Below, one piece after another: positions 37,335 through 46,304 of a stretch of DNA of 64,000 bases. A program made the translations under genes and the position numbers. How positions within the stretch are numbered: position 1 is the first letter of the stretch; each line of letters opens with the position of its first letter. The notes beneath the pieces are model-generated. The model saw only the letters and a list, made by a program, of their open reading frames with translations, was not told where the DNA came from and did no database searches. The stretch is from Isoptericola halotolerans (lineage in GTDB: Bacteria; Actinomycetota; Actinomycetes; Actinomycetales; Cellulomonadaceae), in NCBI RefSeq assembly GCF_013149785.1, contig NZ_JABEZU010000004.1:124001-188000 (forward strand), written 5' to 3'.

Positions 37335-40090
37335 GGGGCGCCCACCCGGCCGCCGGCCAGCACCCCGTCCGCCCAGCGCGCCAGGCGCGCCCGGTCGATC
37401 TTGGAGTTGTGCCGCACGTCCGTGGGCATCTGCGGCACGACGAGCACCGCCGCGAGCGGCACCGACGACGTCGCGCGCACAGCCGCGCCCAGGCCCTCCG
37501 GCGCGAGCCCCGGCCGCCGGACGCCGTCGGCGAGCTCCAGCACCGCGACCGCCTGCTGCACGCCCGCCGGCCCGACACCGACCACGGCTGCCCGCCGCAC
37601 GGCCGCGACCCGCTCGATCGTCTGCTCCGGACCCACCGGCGCCAGCGGCCCCTCGGCGGTGGTCAGCACGTGCGCGAGCCGGCCCTCGATCCACAGCCGC
37701 CCCTCGGCGTCCAGGTGCCCGACGTCCCCGGTCCGGTGCCAGCGCCCCGGCGGGGTGTCGCGCTCGGCGGCCCGGTCGGTGAGCCACAGCCGGTCGTAGC
37801 GCTGCTTGAGGTGGGGTGCGCTCACGAGCACCTCGCCCAGCACCCCGTGCACCTCCGGCCCCGACGACGGCGGCCCGGTCGCCGCGCCGTCGTCGTCCAG
37901 CGCGCTGACGGTCACCCCGCCGACCGCGGCGCCCATGATCGGCCGGCCCACGCACACGCCGTCGTCGGGGGCGGAGGCGGCCTCCCGGATGCCGTCGAGG
38001 TCGATGTCGGTGACGAGCAGGCACTCCGTCATCCCGTACGGGGTGTGCGCGCGGGCGTTCGGCATGAGGGCCTGCGCCGAGCCGAGCAGCTCGGCGCTGA
38101 TCGGCGCGCCGGTGGACAGGAAGGTCTCCACACGCTCGAGGGCCTCACGGTCCGCGTCTCCCAGCGCGTCGGCCGTGGCGACCACGTTGAGGATCGCCGC
38201 CGGGGAGAGGAACACGATCCGGGCGTCCGAGGCGCGCACGGCGTCCGCCACCGCCCGCGCGGTGAGGGTGCGCGGCGCCGAGACGTCCATGTCCGGGGTG
38301 ACCGACCGGGTCCCCAGGGCCGGTCCGAGCAGCGCGAACGGCGCGAACCCGGTGACCAGGCCGGACTCGGGGCGCACGGCGTAGTGCCCGGCGAGCACGT
38401 CGCGCAGGGCCGAGAGCTGGGCGTGGGTGTACACGACCCCCTTGGCAGGGCCGGTCGACCCGGACGTGAACAGCACCGCGGCCTCGTCCTGCGGGCCGGG
38501 CTCGGGCGGCAGCTCGTGGCCCTCGCCGGCGCGGGCCACGTCCACCAGCTCGTGGTGGACGCCGAGCGCCCGGCGCGTCACGGCGTCGAGCGGGTCGGCC
38601 GAGATCCGCACCCCCGGCCAGCCGCACGCCCGCGCGGCCGCGAGCGCCTTCGTCTGGCCGACCAGGTACTGCGGCCAGGCGCCTCGCTGGGCGCGGGTCA
38701 ACCCCCGGACGCCGAGGCCGGCGTCGGCGACGACCACGACCGCCCCGATGCGCAGGCAGGCGTAGACGAGCGCGGTCAGGGTGGGGCCCGGCTGCACCAG
38801 CAGCGACACGCGGTCGCCGCGACGCACCCCGATGGAGTGCAGGCCCGCGGCGATGCGGCGCACCTGCCGGTCCAGGGCACGCCAGGTCACGGTGCCCGGC
38901 CCGGAGCCGGACATGTCGAGCACGGCGGACTCGGCGCGGGTCGCGGGGTCGGCGGCCCGCTCGTCGAGGCCGGTCCAGATCGGCCCCCGGCCCCCGAACC
39001 CCTCGGTGCCGAACAGGAGGTTGCGCCCGCTTTGCCCCTCCATACCGGGCACAGGTTCCTGTTCGGCACCCAGGGCGACGCCGCGCAGCCAGTCCAGCAC
39101 GGGCGCCGCGTAGTCGACGTCCTCGGCGACCAGGTGGCCGGCCCCCTCGAACCGGTGCACCCGCGCCTGCGGGAGCCGGCCGATCAGATCATCCAGGTAC
39201 CGGTCGGAGAACACCGGGTCGCGCGGACCCCACAGCAGCAGCGCCGGGACGTCCAGCGCCGCGACGCCGGTGGCGATGCGGTCCAGCTCCGGCCGGCTCG
39301 GGTGCTCGGCGTCGGCCGGGATGTCCGCCACGAAGCCCTCGATGCCGGCGCGGTCGTCCGCGGTCCGGTACGGCAGCCGGTAGGCGTCCGCGACGTCGGC
39401 GGGCAGCCGGGGGTGCGCCAGAGCCAGCGTGGTCTCGAGGAACGCGGGCGTGCTGCTCGTGCCCGCCCGGTGGACACCGGGCGCCAGAGCGAGTCGCAGC
39501 GGGGCGGGGATCGCCACCCCGTCCGGCTGGTGCACCGCGGTGTTGAGCAGCGCGACGCCGGTCAGCAGCTCCGGGTGGTCGACGGCCCAGCTGAGGGAGA
39601 CCACCCCTCCCCAGTCGTGCCCGAGCGTCACCACCGGCCCGGACAGCCCCAGCTCGGCCGTGAACGCCCCGAGGTCCGCGACCCGCTCGGGCAGCGTACG
39701 GTGCCGGCCGCTGCGCGCGGACAGTCCCATCTCGAGCTGGTCGACGGCGACCACCCGCCACGCGCCGGGCACACCGCCCGGGCGCTCGCCGGTGGCAGCG
39801 GCCGCGACGACGGCTCGCTCGGTGGCCAGGTCCACGAGGTCCCGCCACAGGTAGGACCACGTCGGGTTGCCGTGCACGGCCAGCACCGTGCCGACCGGCT
39901 CGATCCCCCGGGCGGCGAGATCCGGGCCGTTGTCGAGGTAGTGCCACTCGTCGCCGCTCGCGGCGACCCCGGCGCCACCCGAGGCGCGAGCGCCCGCCGG
40001 GCTGCCGCCGTCGGGCACGCACAGCACGTGGCTGAACCGTGGGTCGAGGCCGGGCAGGCCGGGCGGTACCGTGCTGGCGCCGATCCTCAC
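37331..40090 (-). CDS. oleBC: OleB-OleC fusion (alpha/beta hydrolase + AMP-dependent beta-lactone synthetase)
   Basis: HGNPTWSYLW, HDWGG, FTSGSTGPAKG, PYGMTE, HRTGD, DVRHNSKIDR. Confidence 0.9.
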   Translation of the reverse strand: MRIGASTVPPGLPGLDPRFSHVLCVPDGGSPAGARASGGAGVAASGDEWHYLDNGPDLAARGIEPVGTVLAVHGNPTWSYLWRDLVDLATERAVVAAAATGERPGGVPGAWRVVAVDQLEMGLSARSGRHRTLPERVADLGAFTAELGLSGPVVTLGHDWGGVVSLSWAVDHPELLTGVALLNTAVHQPDGVAIPAPLRLALAPGVHRAGTSSTPAFLETTLALAHPRLPADVADAYRLPYRTADDRAGIEGFVADIPADAEHPSRPELDRIATGVAALDVPALLLWGPRDPVFSDRYLDDLIGRLPQARVHRFEGAGHLVAEDVDYAAPVLDWLRGVALGAEQEPVPGMEGQSGRNLLFGTEGFGGRGPIWTGLDERAADPATRAESAVLDMSGSGPGTVTWRALDRQVRRIAAGLHSIGVRRGDRVSLLVQPGPTLTALVYACLRIGAVVVVADAGLGVRGLTRAQRGAWPQYLVGQTKALAAARACGWPGVRISADPLDAVTRRALGVHHELVDVARAGEGHELPPEPGPQDEAAVLFTSGSTGPAKGVVYTHAQLSALRDVLAGHYAVRPESGLVTGFAPFALLGPALGTRSVTPDMDVSAPRTLTARAVADAVRASDARIVFLSPAAILNVVATADALGDADREALERVETFLSTGAPISAELLGSAQALMPNARAHTPYGMTECLLVTDIDLDGIREAASAPDDGVCVGRPIMGAAVGGVTVSALDDDGAATGPPSSGPEVHGVLGEVLVSAPHLKQRYDRLWLTDRAAERDTPPGRWHRTGDVGHLDAEGRLWIEGRLAHVLTTAEGPLAPVGPEQTIERVAAVRRAAVVGVGPAGVQQAVAVLELADGVRRPGLAPEGLGAAVRATSSVPLAAVLVVPQMPTDVRHNSKIDRARLARWADGVLAGGRVGAP
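39000..39075. repeat. Palindromic element in-frame in the OleB-OleC linker
   Basis: 30-bp imperfect arms with a perfect core GGTGCCGAACAGGA / TCCTGTTCGGCACC. Confidence 0.8.
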
Positions 40091-41109
40091 CACGCGAGCT
40101 CCATCATCGCCGTGTTGATCCCCGAACCCACTCCCATGAGCAGCACCCGGTCCCCGGAGCGCAACGACTCCTGCTCCTCGACGAGGGTGATGGGCACGGA
40201 CGCCGGTCCCACGTTGCCGAGCCGACCGAACGTGGTCGGCACCGCCGACCGGTCGAGCCCGACGGCCTCCACGATCGCGTTCGTGTGCACCCGCGACACC
40301 TGGTGCGTGACGTAGCGGTCCATCGCGCCCCAGCTCCAGTCGGCCGTGGCGTCCTTCCAGGCGTCGACCACCAGCTCCAGCCCGCCCTCGAGCAGGCCCT
40401 GCGCGTCGGTGAACATCCCCTCCGTGCTGCCGACGCACAGCAGGTGGTGCTGCGTGGCGGCACGGGTCACGCCACCGAGCACCCGGTGCCCCTCGGCGTG
40501 CTCGTCCGCACGCCCGAGCACCGCCGCTGCCGACCCGGACCCGAGGGTCAGCGAGGCGAACTCGGCCATGAAGTCCTCGCGCCCGACGTCGTCCCGCAGC
40601 AGCCGCTCGACCGTGACGTCCTGGATGTCGTCGGCGTCCTCGCCCGCGACCACCATCGCGTACCGCACCTGGCCGGACTCGATCATGCCCGCCGCCAACG
40701 ACATCCCGTTGATGAAACCGAGGCAGGCGTTCGCGACGTCGAAGTTCACGGCCGAGCTCGGCAGCCCCAGCCCGTGGTGCAGGCCCACGGCGACCGACGG
40801 CTCGAGGTGCTTGCGCGTCACGGACGTGTTGATGAGGAGACCGACGTCGTCCGGCTCGACGCCCGCGAGCTCCAACGCCTCGGTGCCCGCCGCGACGGTG
40901 GCGGCGTTCGCGTCCTCGCCCGGGCCCCAGTTGCGCCGTGCCTCCACCCCGGCGACCCGCTCGAGCAGCGTCGACGGCAGTCGCAGACGCTTCAGCGCCG
41001 GTGCGAGCCGCTCCTGGACGGATGCGGAGGTCGTGACCCGGGACGGCAGCCGGCTCGTCACGGACAGCAGCGCGACGTTGCCGAACCTGGTGGTGGCGTT
41101 TCCAGTCAC
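40087..41109 (-). CDS. oleA: OleA acyl-CoA condensing thiolase (FabH-like)
   Basis: EPSVA, NACLGF, HQVS, GNVGPAS, GVGSGIN; first gene of the oleA-BC-D operon. Confidence 0.9.
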   Translation of the reverse strand: MTGNATTRFGNVALLSVTSRLPSRVTTSASVQERLAPALKRLRLPSTLLERVAGVEARRNWGPGEDANAATVAAGTEALELAGVEPDDVGLLINTSVTRKHLEPSVAVGLHHGLGLPSSAVNFDVANACLGFINGMSLAAGMIESGQVRYAMVVAGEDADDIQDVTVERLLRDDVGREDFMAEFASLTLGSGSAAAVLGRADEHAEGHRVLGGVTRAATQHHLLCVGSTEGMFTDAQGLLEGGLELVVDAWKDATADWSWGAMDRYVTHQVSRVHTNAIVEAVGLDRSAVPTTFGRLGNVGPASVPITLVEEQESLRSGDRVLLMGVGSGINTAMMELAW

Positions 41110-41321
41110 TCGAGCTCCAGACATCCGGTCACCCAGGGGCACCGGTACGACGACGGATCACCGGCCCCTCGCACGGGTCCGGCATGGCGGGCGTGGCGAC
41201 ACCCGTCCTCGAGGTTAAGACGCTCAGGCGCTCCTTGCCGTTCCGACCACGGTGTGGGCCGCGACACGTCGCTCCTCCCCGACGGTGCCGACGCCCCCTC
41301 GAGGGTGCCTAACCTGTGCGG

Positions 41322-42560
41322 GTGACCAGCCTCCCTCCGTTCGCCTCCGACAACTACGCCGGCACCCACCCCGAGGTGCTCGCCGCGATCAACGCCGCGA
41401 ACGACGGGTTCGCGGTCGCCTACGGCGACGACCCGTGGACCGCCCGGCTCGACGCCCGTGTCGCCGAGGTGTTCGGCGAGGGCGCGCTCGCCTTCCCGCT
41501 GATCAACGGCACCGGCGCGAACGTCGTCTCTCTCATGGCCCTCTCCGAGCGGTGGGGCGGCGTCGTGACCTCCGACGTCGCCCACGCCAACACCGACGAG
41601 AACGGCGCACCCGAACGGGTCGGTGGGCTCAAGATGCTGCCCTGCCCGTCGGTGGACGGGCGGATCGAGCCGTTCCACGTGGAACGGTGGGCCGGGCAGC
41701 GGCACGACGTGCACCGCGCGCACCCCGGCGTGCTGTCGCTGACGCAGTCCACCGAGCTCGGGACCGTCTACTCGGTGGCCGGGCTGCGGTCCCTGGTCGA
41801 GACCGCGCACGGCCTGGGCATGGCCGTGCACGTCGACGGCTCACGGCTCGCCAACGCCGCGGCCGCACTGGGGTGCTCCCTGCGCGCGCTGACCACCGAC
41901 CTGGGGGTGGACGTCGTCTCCCTCGGCGCCGCGAAGATCGGCGGCATGATCGGCGAGGCGGTCGTGGTGCTCGCCCCCGCCGACGCACCGGACGTTTCCG
42001 GGTACGACGGCGGCGCGGTGCGGGAGCGGGCCGCGGCGGCAGTGCCGTTCCTGCGCAAGGCGACGATGCAGCTCGCCTCGAAGACACGCTTCGTCTCGGC
42101 GCAGATCCTTGCGCTGCTCGGGGAGCCAGGGACGCCCGTGGCTCCTGGGGACTCCGCCGGCGACGGCGCCGCGGAGGGCGGGACCGCCGTCGGGCAGGAC
42201 GGGACCGCCGTCGAACCCCTGTGGTGGCGCAACGCGGCGCATGCCAACGCCATGGCCGCGCGGCTGCGGGACGGGCTCGACGCAGCCGGGGCGCTCGACC
42301 TCGCACCCGGCGGGGCTGCCGCACCCGCCGGGAGGGCCGCCGGCGGCGGCGTGCGCATCACGCGGCCCGTCGAGGCGAACGCGGTGTTCGCGACCCTCCC
42401 GCGGGCGGCGGCGGACCGGGTACGCGAGCAGGCACGGTTCTACGACTGGGCGCCGGGCGAGTCGGCGGACCGCGTCGAGGTGCGCTGGATGTGCTCGTGG
42501 GACACCCCGTCCGAGGCGGTGGACGCGTTCGTCGCAGCCGTGGCGGCCACCGTCGCGTGA
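41322..42560 (+). CDS. Low-specificity L-threonine aldolase family
   Basis: FASDNY, YGDD, GTGAN, TELGT, HVDGSRLANA, SKTRF. Confidence 0.88.
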   Translation: MTSLPPFASDNYAGTHPEVLAAINAANDGFAVAYGDDPWTARLDARVAEVFGEGALAFPLINGTGANVVSLMALSERWGGVVTSDVAHANTDENGAPERVGGLKMLPCPSVDGRIEPFHVERWAGQRHDVHRAHPGVLSLTQSTELGTVYSVAGLRSLVETAHGLGMAVHVDGSRLANAAAALGCSLRALTTDLGVDVVSLGAAKIGGMIGEAVVVLAPADAPDVSGYDGGAVRERAAAAVPFLRKATMQLASKTRFVSAQILALLGEPGTPVAPGDSAGDGAAEGGTAVGQDGTAVEPLWWRNAAHANAMAARLRDGLDAAGALDLAPGGAAAPAGRAAGGGVRITRPVEANAVFATLPRAAADRVREQARFYDWAPGESADRVEVRWMCSWDTPSEAVDAFVAAVAATVA

Positions 42561-42626
42561 CTGATCGTCACTTCGTGTTCTGTCCGGCAGTCCGGACTGC
42601 CGGACAGAACACGAAGTGACGATCAG
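42561..42626. repeat. Perfect 66-bp palindrome, copy 1
   Basis: CTGATCGTCACTTCGTGTTCTGTCCGGCAGTCC|GGACTGCCGGACAGAACACGAAGTGACGATCAG. Confidence 0.97.
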
Positions 42627-43573
42627 AACGAGGCGCCGGGCAGCGGGAGCAACGGGTTGACCCTCAGCGAGCCGCGCACCGCCGGGCGGAACGCCCTCAG
42701 CAGGGCGGCTGTCGCGGCCGCCGGGTCCGGGCCGTCCTTCGCGGTGAACCGCAGCGGCCGCACGCCGAGCCGCGCCGTGATGGCGTCCTCGCGCACCTTG
42801 TCCTCGAACCGCGCGTGGTCCGCGTCGTAGCCGGCGCCGAACGACCCGTCCACGTCCTTGACCCGGCCGTCGAACTCGACCAGCACCTTCTCCTCGGCCC
42901 AGCCCAGGTCCACGCGGTAGCGGCGTCCGTCCACCTCGACCGGGAGCTGCGTGCGTGGTCGGGGCAGCCCGGCGCGCAGTGCCAGGTAGCGGACCCACGT
43001 CTCCCAGGGCGACTCGGCACCGGCGTCGGCGTGCTCGAGGACCCATCGGGCGCGCGCCGTGCCGTTGCGGCGCCGCGGGCGGGCCCACAGATCCAGCGCT
43101 GCGGCCCGGTCCATACCCCTGCCAAGAGCCCAGTCCGCGACGACCAGGGCGTCCAGAGGATGGAGGGTCAGCGCGCAGTCCACGACGGTCCGGCGCAGCG
43201 TCGTCACGGGGAGAGCCCGCAGCACGACGTGCTCGTCCGGCACGCCCCGCCGTCGCACGATGTCGGCCGCGGCGCGGCTGCTCGGGCTGGACGGCACCAG
43301 CACGTGCACCCGCTGCGGCAGACGCCACAGCGGCGCACCCCACAGCAGCGCCGCGCTCTCGTGGCTGAACACGTGGCGAGCCCGGAGCTGACGGTGGACG
43401 GCGCGGAGCCGGTCGGTGGCGAGCCGACGAGCCGCCGCGTGCCTGTTCTGCTCCGGGCCGACCGGACGATAGGCGCCCCGGCGTACCCGCTCGAGGTCAC
43501 CGTTCGCCGTGGCACGCCGCAGGACGTGGCGGTCGTGCTCGCGCGCGACGAGCAGGGTGTCCTCAGGGAGCAT
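42623..43573 (-). CDS. AbiEi-like N-terminal domain + Vsr/DUF559-like endonuclease protein
   Basis: RVRRGAY, SHESAALLWG, VTT..RTVVD, ESPWE, P..Q, RVDLGW....LVEFDG, RED; widespread actinobacterial family. Confidence 0.85.
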   Translation of the reverse strand: MLPEDTLLVAREHDRHVLRRATANGDLERVRRGAYRPVGPEQNRHAAARRLATDRLRAVHRQLRARHVFSHESAALLWGAPLWRLPQRVHVLVPSSPSSRAAADIVRRRGVPDEHVVLRALPVTTLRRTVVDCALTLHPLDALVVADWALGRGMDRAAALDLWARPRRRNGTARARWVLEHADAGAESPWETWVRYLALRAGLPRPRTQLPVEVDGRRYRVDLGWAEEKVLVEFDGRVKDVDGSFGAGYDADHARFEDKVREDAITARLGVRPLRFTAKDGPDPAAATAALLRAFRPAVRGSLRVNPLLPLPGASF

Positions 43574-43653
43574 GGCGACAGGGTGCCGCAGCACGCACCA
43601 CGAGCGTCGTCGGCCGACAAGATCTGTGGACGGCGCTCGTCTGTGGACAGCGA

Positions 43654-43720
43654 TCTGTCCGGCAGTCCGTGTTCTGTCCGGCAGTCCGGACTGCCGGACA
43701 GAACACGGAGTGACGATCAG
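43654..43720. repeat. Palindrome copy 2 (44-bp perfect core, full right arm, extra half-unit on the left)
   Basis: tctgtccggcagTCCGTGTTCTGTCCGGCAGTCC|GGACTGCCGGACAGAACACGGAgtgacgatcag. Confidence 0.95.
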
Positions 43721-43803
43721 AAGGCCCGGACACCGATTCGGCCCGACGACGACGCGGCGTTACGGTCGTCCTGACAGGTTGCGCACCGACCCAGGAGCCT
43801 CCC

Positions 43804-44250
43804 ATGACCGAGCACGACACCGGGTTCACCGCCACCGCGACGACCCATGTCGCCGAGCCTCCGGAACGGGTCTGGGCCGAGCTCGTGCACCCCGGCGCCC
43901 GGTGGATGCTGGGCGCCAACATCGAGACCGACTTCCGGCCCGGCAGCCCGATCACGTTCGAGGGGCACTTCTTCGGCCGGCAGTTCGCGGACAAGGGCGA
44001 GGTCATCGCCGTCGAGCGCCCCCGCCTGCTGCACTTCACCCACTTCTCGCCCCTGGGCGAGCTCCCCGACGCGCCGGAGAACTACCACGAGATCCGCATC
44101 ACCCTCGTCGCGGACGACGGCGGCACGCAGGTGACGGTGGAGCAGGGCAACATCGACACGGCGGAGCACGCCCGCCGCTCCGAGCAGCACTGGCGAGAGG
44201 CCCTGACCACGCTCGCGCACCGGGACTCGACGCCGACGTCCGGCACATGA
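43804..44250 (+). CDS. SRPBCC/AHSA1-domain protein
   Basis: PERVW..L, ETDF..GSPI, DKG.V..VE.PR.L; AGGAG RBS. Confidence 0.85.
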   Translation: MTEHDTGFTATATTHVAEPPERVWAELVHPGARWMLGANIETDFRPGSPITFEGHFFGRQFADKGEVIAVERPRLLHFTHFSPLGELPDAPENYHEIRITLVADDGGTQVTVEQGNIDTAEHARRSEQHWREALTTLAHRDSTPTSGT

Positions 44251-45479
44251 TCGGCCGCTGGTCGAGGGCGGTCGCCGCGGCACTGACCTGTACGGTCCTG
44301 GCGGCGTGCAGCAGCCCGGGCCCGCCGACGACGGCCGCCCCCGAGCAGTCCCCGGCGACCAGCACGCCCGCCCCCACGCCGTCGCCCGCCCCCACGCCGT
44401 CGGCCGCCCCGAGCGGCCGGGGGACCCCCACGCCCGACGGCGGCAGCCCGGACCCGCAGGACCCCACGGGGTGGAGCGTCGAGGAGAAGGTGGGCCAGCT
44501 CCTGGTGGCCGGGACACCGGTCGACGCCCCGACGGTGAGCGACGCGACCCGCACCGCGATCGAGGACCACCACGTGGGCAACGTGTTCCTGCACGGCCGC
44601 AGCGAGGCGGGGGTGGACGCGACGTCGGCGCTCGTGGAGTCGGTGACCGGTCTCGTCCCGGACGGTGCTCCGCCGATGCTCGTGGCCACCGACCAGGAGG
44701 GCGGCTCCGTGCAGGTGCTCCGGGGGCCGGGGTTCTCGGACCTGCCGCCCGCGACCGAGCAGGCGGAGTGGGAGCCGGCCGAGCTCGAGGACGCCGCGGC
44801 CGGCTGGGGCGCCGAGCTCGCCGACGCCGGCATCAACCTGAACCTGGCGCCGGTGACGGACCTCGTCCCCGCGGACATCCAGTCGGCGAACGCACCGATC
44901 GGGTACTTTTCGCGCAACTACGGCAACACGCAGGAGTCGGTGGTGCGGTCTTCCACGGCGTTCTCGGCGGGCATGCAGGCGGCGGGCGTCGAACCGGTCG
45001 TCAAGCACTTCCCCGGGCTGGGCCACGTCACGCAGAACACCGACACCACCCAGCACGTCACGGACGACACGGTGACGGCGGACTCCCCGTCGGTCGAGGT
45101 GTTCGCCGATGCGATCGACGCGGGTGCCCGGTTCGTGATGCTGTCGAACGCCGTGTACACCCGGATCGACCCCGACAACCCCGCGACGTTCTCCCCCGCG
45201 GTGGTCGACCTGCTGCGGGACGACCTGGGCTTCGACGGCGTCGTGATCACCGACGACGTCTCCGCCGCCGCAGCCGTGACGACCCTCGCCCCGGCGGAGC
45301 GTGCGGTCGAGGCGGTGGCCGCCGGTGCGGACCTCGTGCTGGCGTCCGCGGACCCGACGGTCGTCCCGGCGATGGCGGACGCCCTGGTGGAGCGCGCCGA
45401 GCAGGACCCGCAGTTCGCGACGCAGGTGGACGACGCCGTCGCGCGGGTGCTGGCCGCGAAGGCCGGGCTGGGCGGGTAG
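44247..45479 (+). CDS. GH3 N-terminal-domain lipoprotein (NagZ-like)
   Basis: LAAC lipobox, DQEGG.V, NLAPV.D, KHFPGLG, ITDD; ATGA overlap with the upstream gene. Confidence 0.88.
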   Translation: MIGRWSRAVAAALTCTVLAACSSPGPPTTAAPEQSPATSTPAPTPSPAPTPSAAPSGRGTPTPDGGSPDPQDPTGWSVEEKVGQLLVAGTPVDAPTVSDATRTAIEDHHVGNVFLHGRSEAGVDATSALVESVTGLVPDGAPPMLVATDQEGGSVQVLRGPGFSDLPPATEQAEWEPAELEDAAAGWGAELADAGINLNLAPVTDLVPADIQSANAPIGYFSRNYGNTQESVVRSSTAFSAGMQAAGVEPVVKHFPGLGHVTQNTDTTQHVTDDTVTADSPSVEVFADAIDAGARFVMLSNAVYTRIDPDNPATFSPAVVDLLRDDLGFDGVVITDDVSAAAAVTTLAPAERAVEAVAAGADLVLASADPTVVPAMADALVERAEQDPQFATQVDDAVARVLAAKAGLGG

Positions 45480-45504
45480 GCAGCGAGCACGCCGCGAACG
45501 ACGA

Positions 45505-45550
45505 ACGCCTCCTCGCCCACCGAGCAGCGAGGCTCGGGGCGAGGAGGCGT
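45505..45550. terminator. Stem-loop between convergent genes
   Basis: ACGCCTCCTCGCCC...GGGCGAGGAGGCGT arms. Confidence 0.75.
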
Positions 45551-45563
45551 CGGTGTCATGCGG

Positions 45564-46304
45564 TCAGACGCGCGGCGTGGCCGTGCTCTTGCCGCCGACC
45601 ACCTGGCTGGTCGCCGGGACGAACACCCGGTACTTGACCCGCTTGCTGGTGGAGAACTTGTAGGTCGCCACGCCCTTCTTGTTGAGCTTGACGGTCTTCT
45701 TGGTCTTCCACTTGCCGCCGACCTTGTGCTGGATCTTCACCTTCTTGCCGGCGTAGGGCTTCCAGCCCTTGCTGACGGTGTACTTCTTCACGCCGACCTT
45801 GACGGTCTTCTTCTTGCCGTCGGCCTTGACCTGGACGACGTTGCCGTACTTGAGCTTGCCGTCGATCGCGGACTTCATCGTGAACTTGCCGCCGGAGACC
45901 TTGGTGTCCTTGTAGGTCTTGCCGGCGTACACGGTGCGGACGTTCTTGATCTGGAACGTGCCCCGGCCCCACGACGACTTCGCCAGGAGGTACTCGGTGA
46001 AGTTCTGACCACCCGAGTAGGCGTAGCCGAGGTCGATCTTGGAGGCGACCTTCTTGCTGCCCCGGTAGACGTCACCGTAGACGTCGACCCAGCCGTCGAC
46101 CTTGCCGACCTTCTTCACCTTGGTGGTGATCTGGTAGTACTTCGTCTTCGAGTTGATGGCAGCGCCGCCGTAGCTGGGCTTGACCGTCACCGAGACGACG
46201 TCGATCGGCGTGCTCGGCGCAGCCGACGCGGGGGCGACGAGGCCACCGATGAGGAGAGACGTCGCTGCCACCGTGGTGGCAGCAACCTTGAGCAGTGCGC
46301 GCAT
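45564..46304 (-). CDS. Secreted Lys-rich beta-sheet protein of unknown function
   Basis: Signal peptide ending APASA; GGAAGG RBS; host-like codon bias. Confidence 0.75.
   Translation of the reverse strand: MRALLKVAATTVAATSLLIGGLVAPASAAPSTPIDVVSVTVKPSYGGAAINSKTKYYQITTKVKKVGKVDGWVDVYGDVYRGSKKVASKIDLGYAYSGGQNFTEYLLAKSSWGRGTFQIKNVRTVYAGKTYKDTKVSGGKFTMKSAIDGKLKYGNVVQVKADGKKKTVKVGVKKYTVSKGWKPYAGKKVKIQHKVGGKWKTKKTVKLNKKGVATYKFSTSKRVKYRVFVPATSQVVGGKSTATPRV

Noticed and set aside
42121..42215. Short inverted and direct repeats in a threonine aldolase insertion
   Set aside because: The 7-bp stem and 13-bp direct repeat are too short to distinguish from slippage or chance in GC-rich DNA.
42623..43573. 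Type IV toxin-antitoxin (AbiE) pair
   Set aside because: No AbiEii nucleotidyltransferase is adjacent, and the protein carries its own nuclease-like domain.
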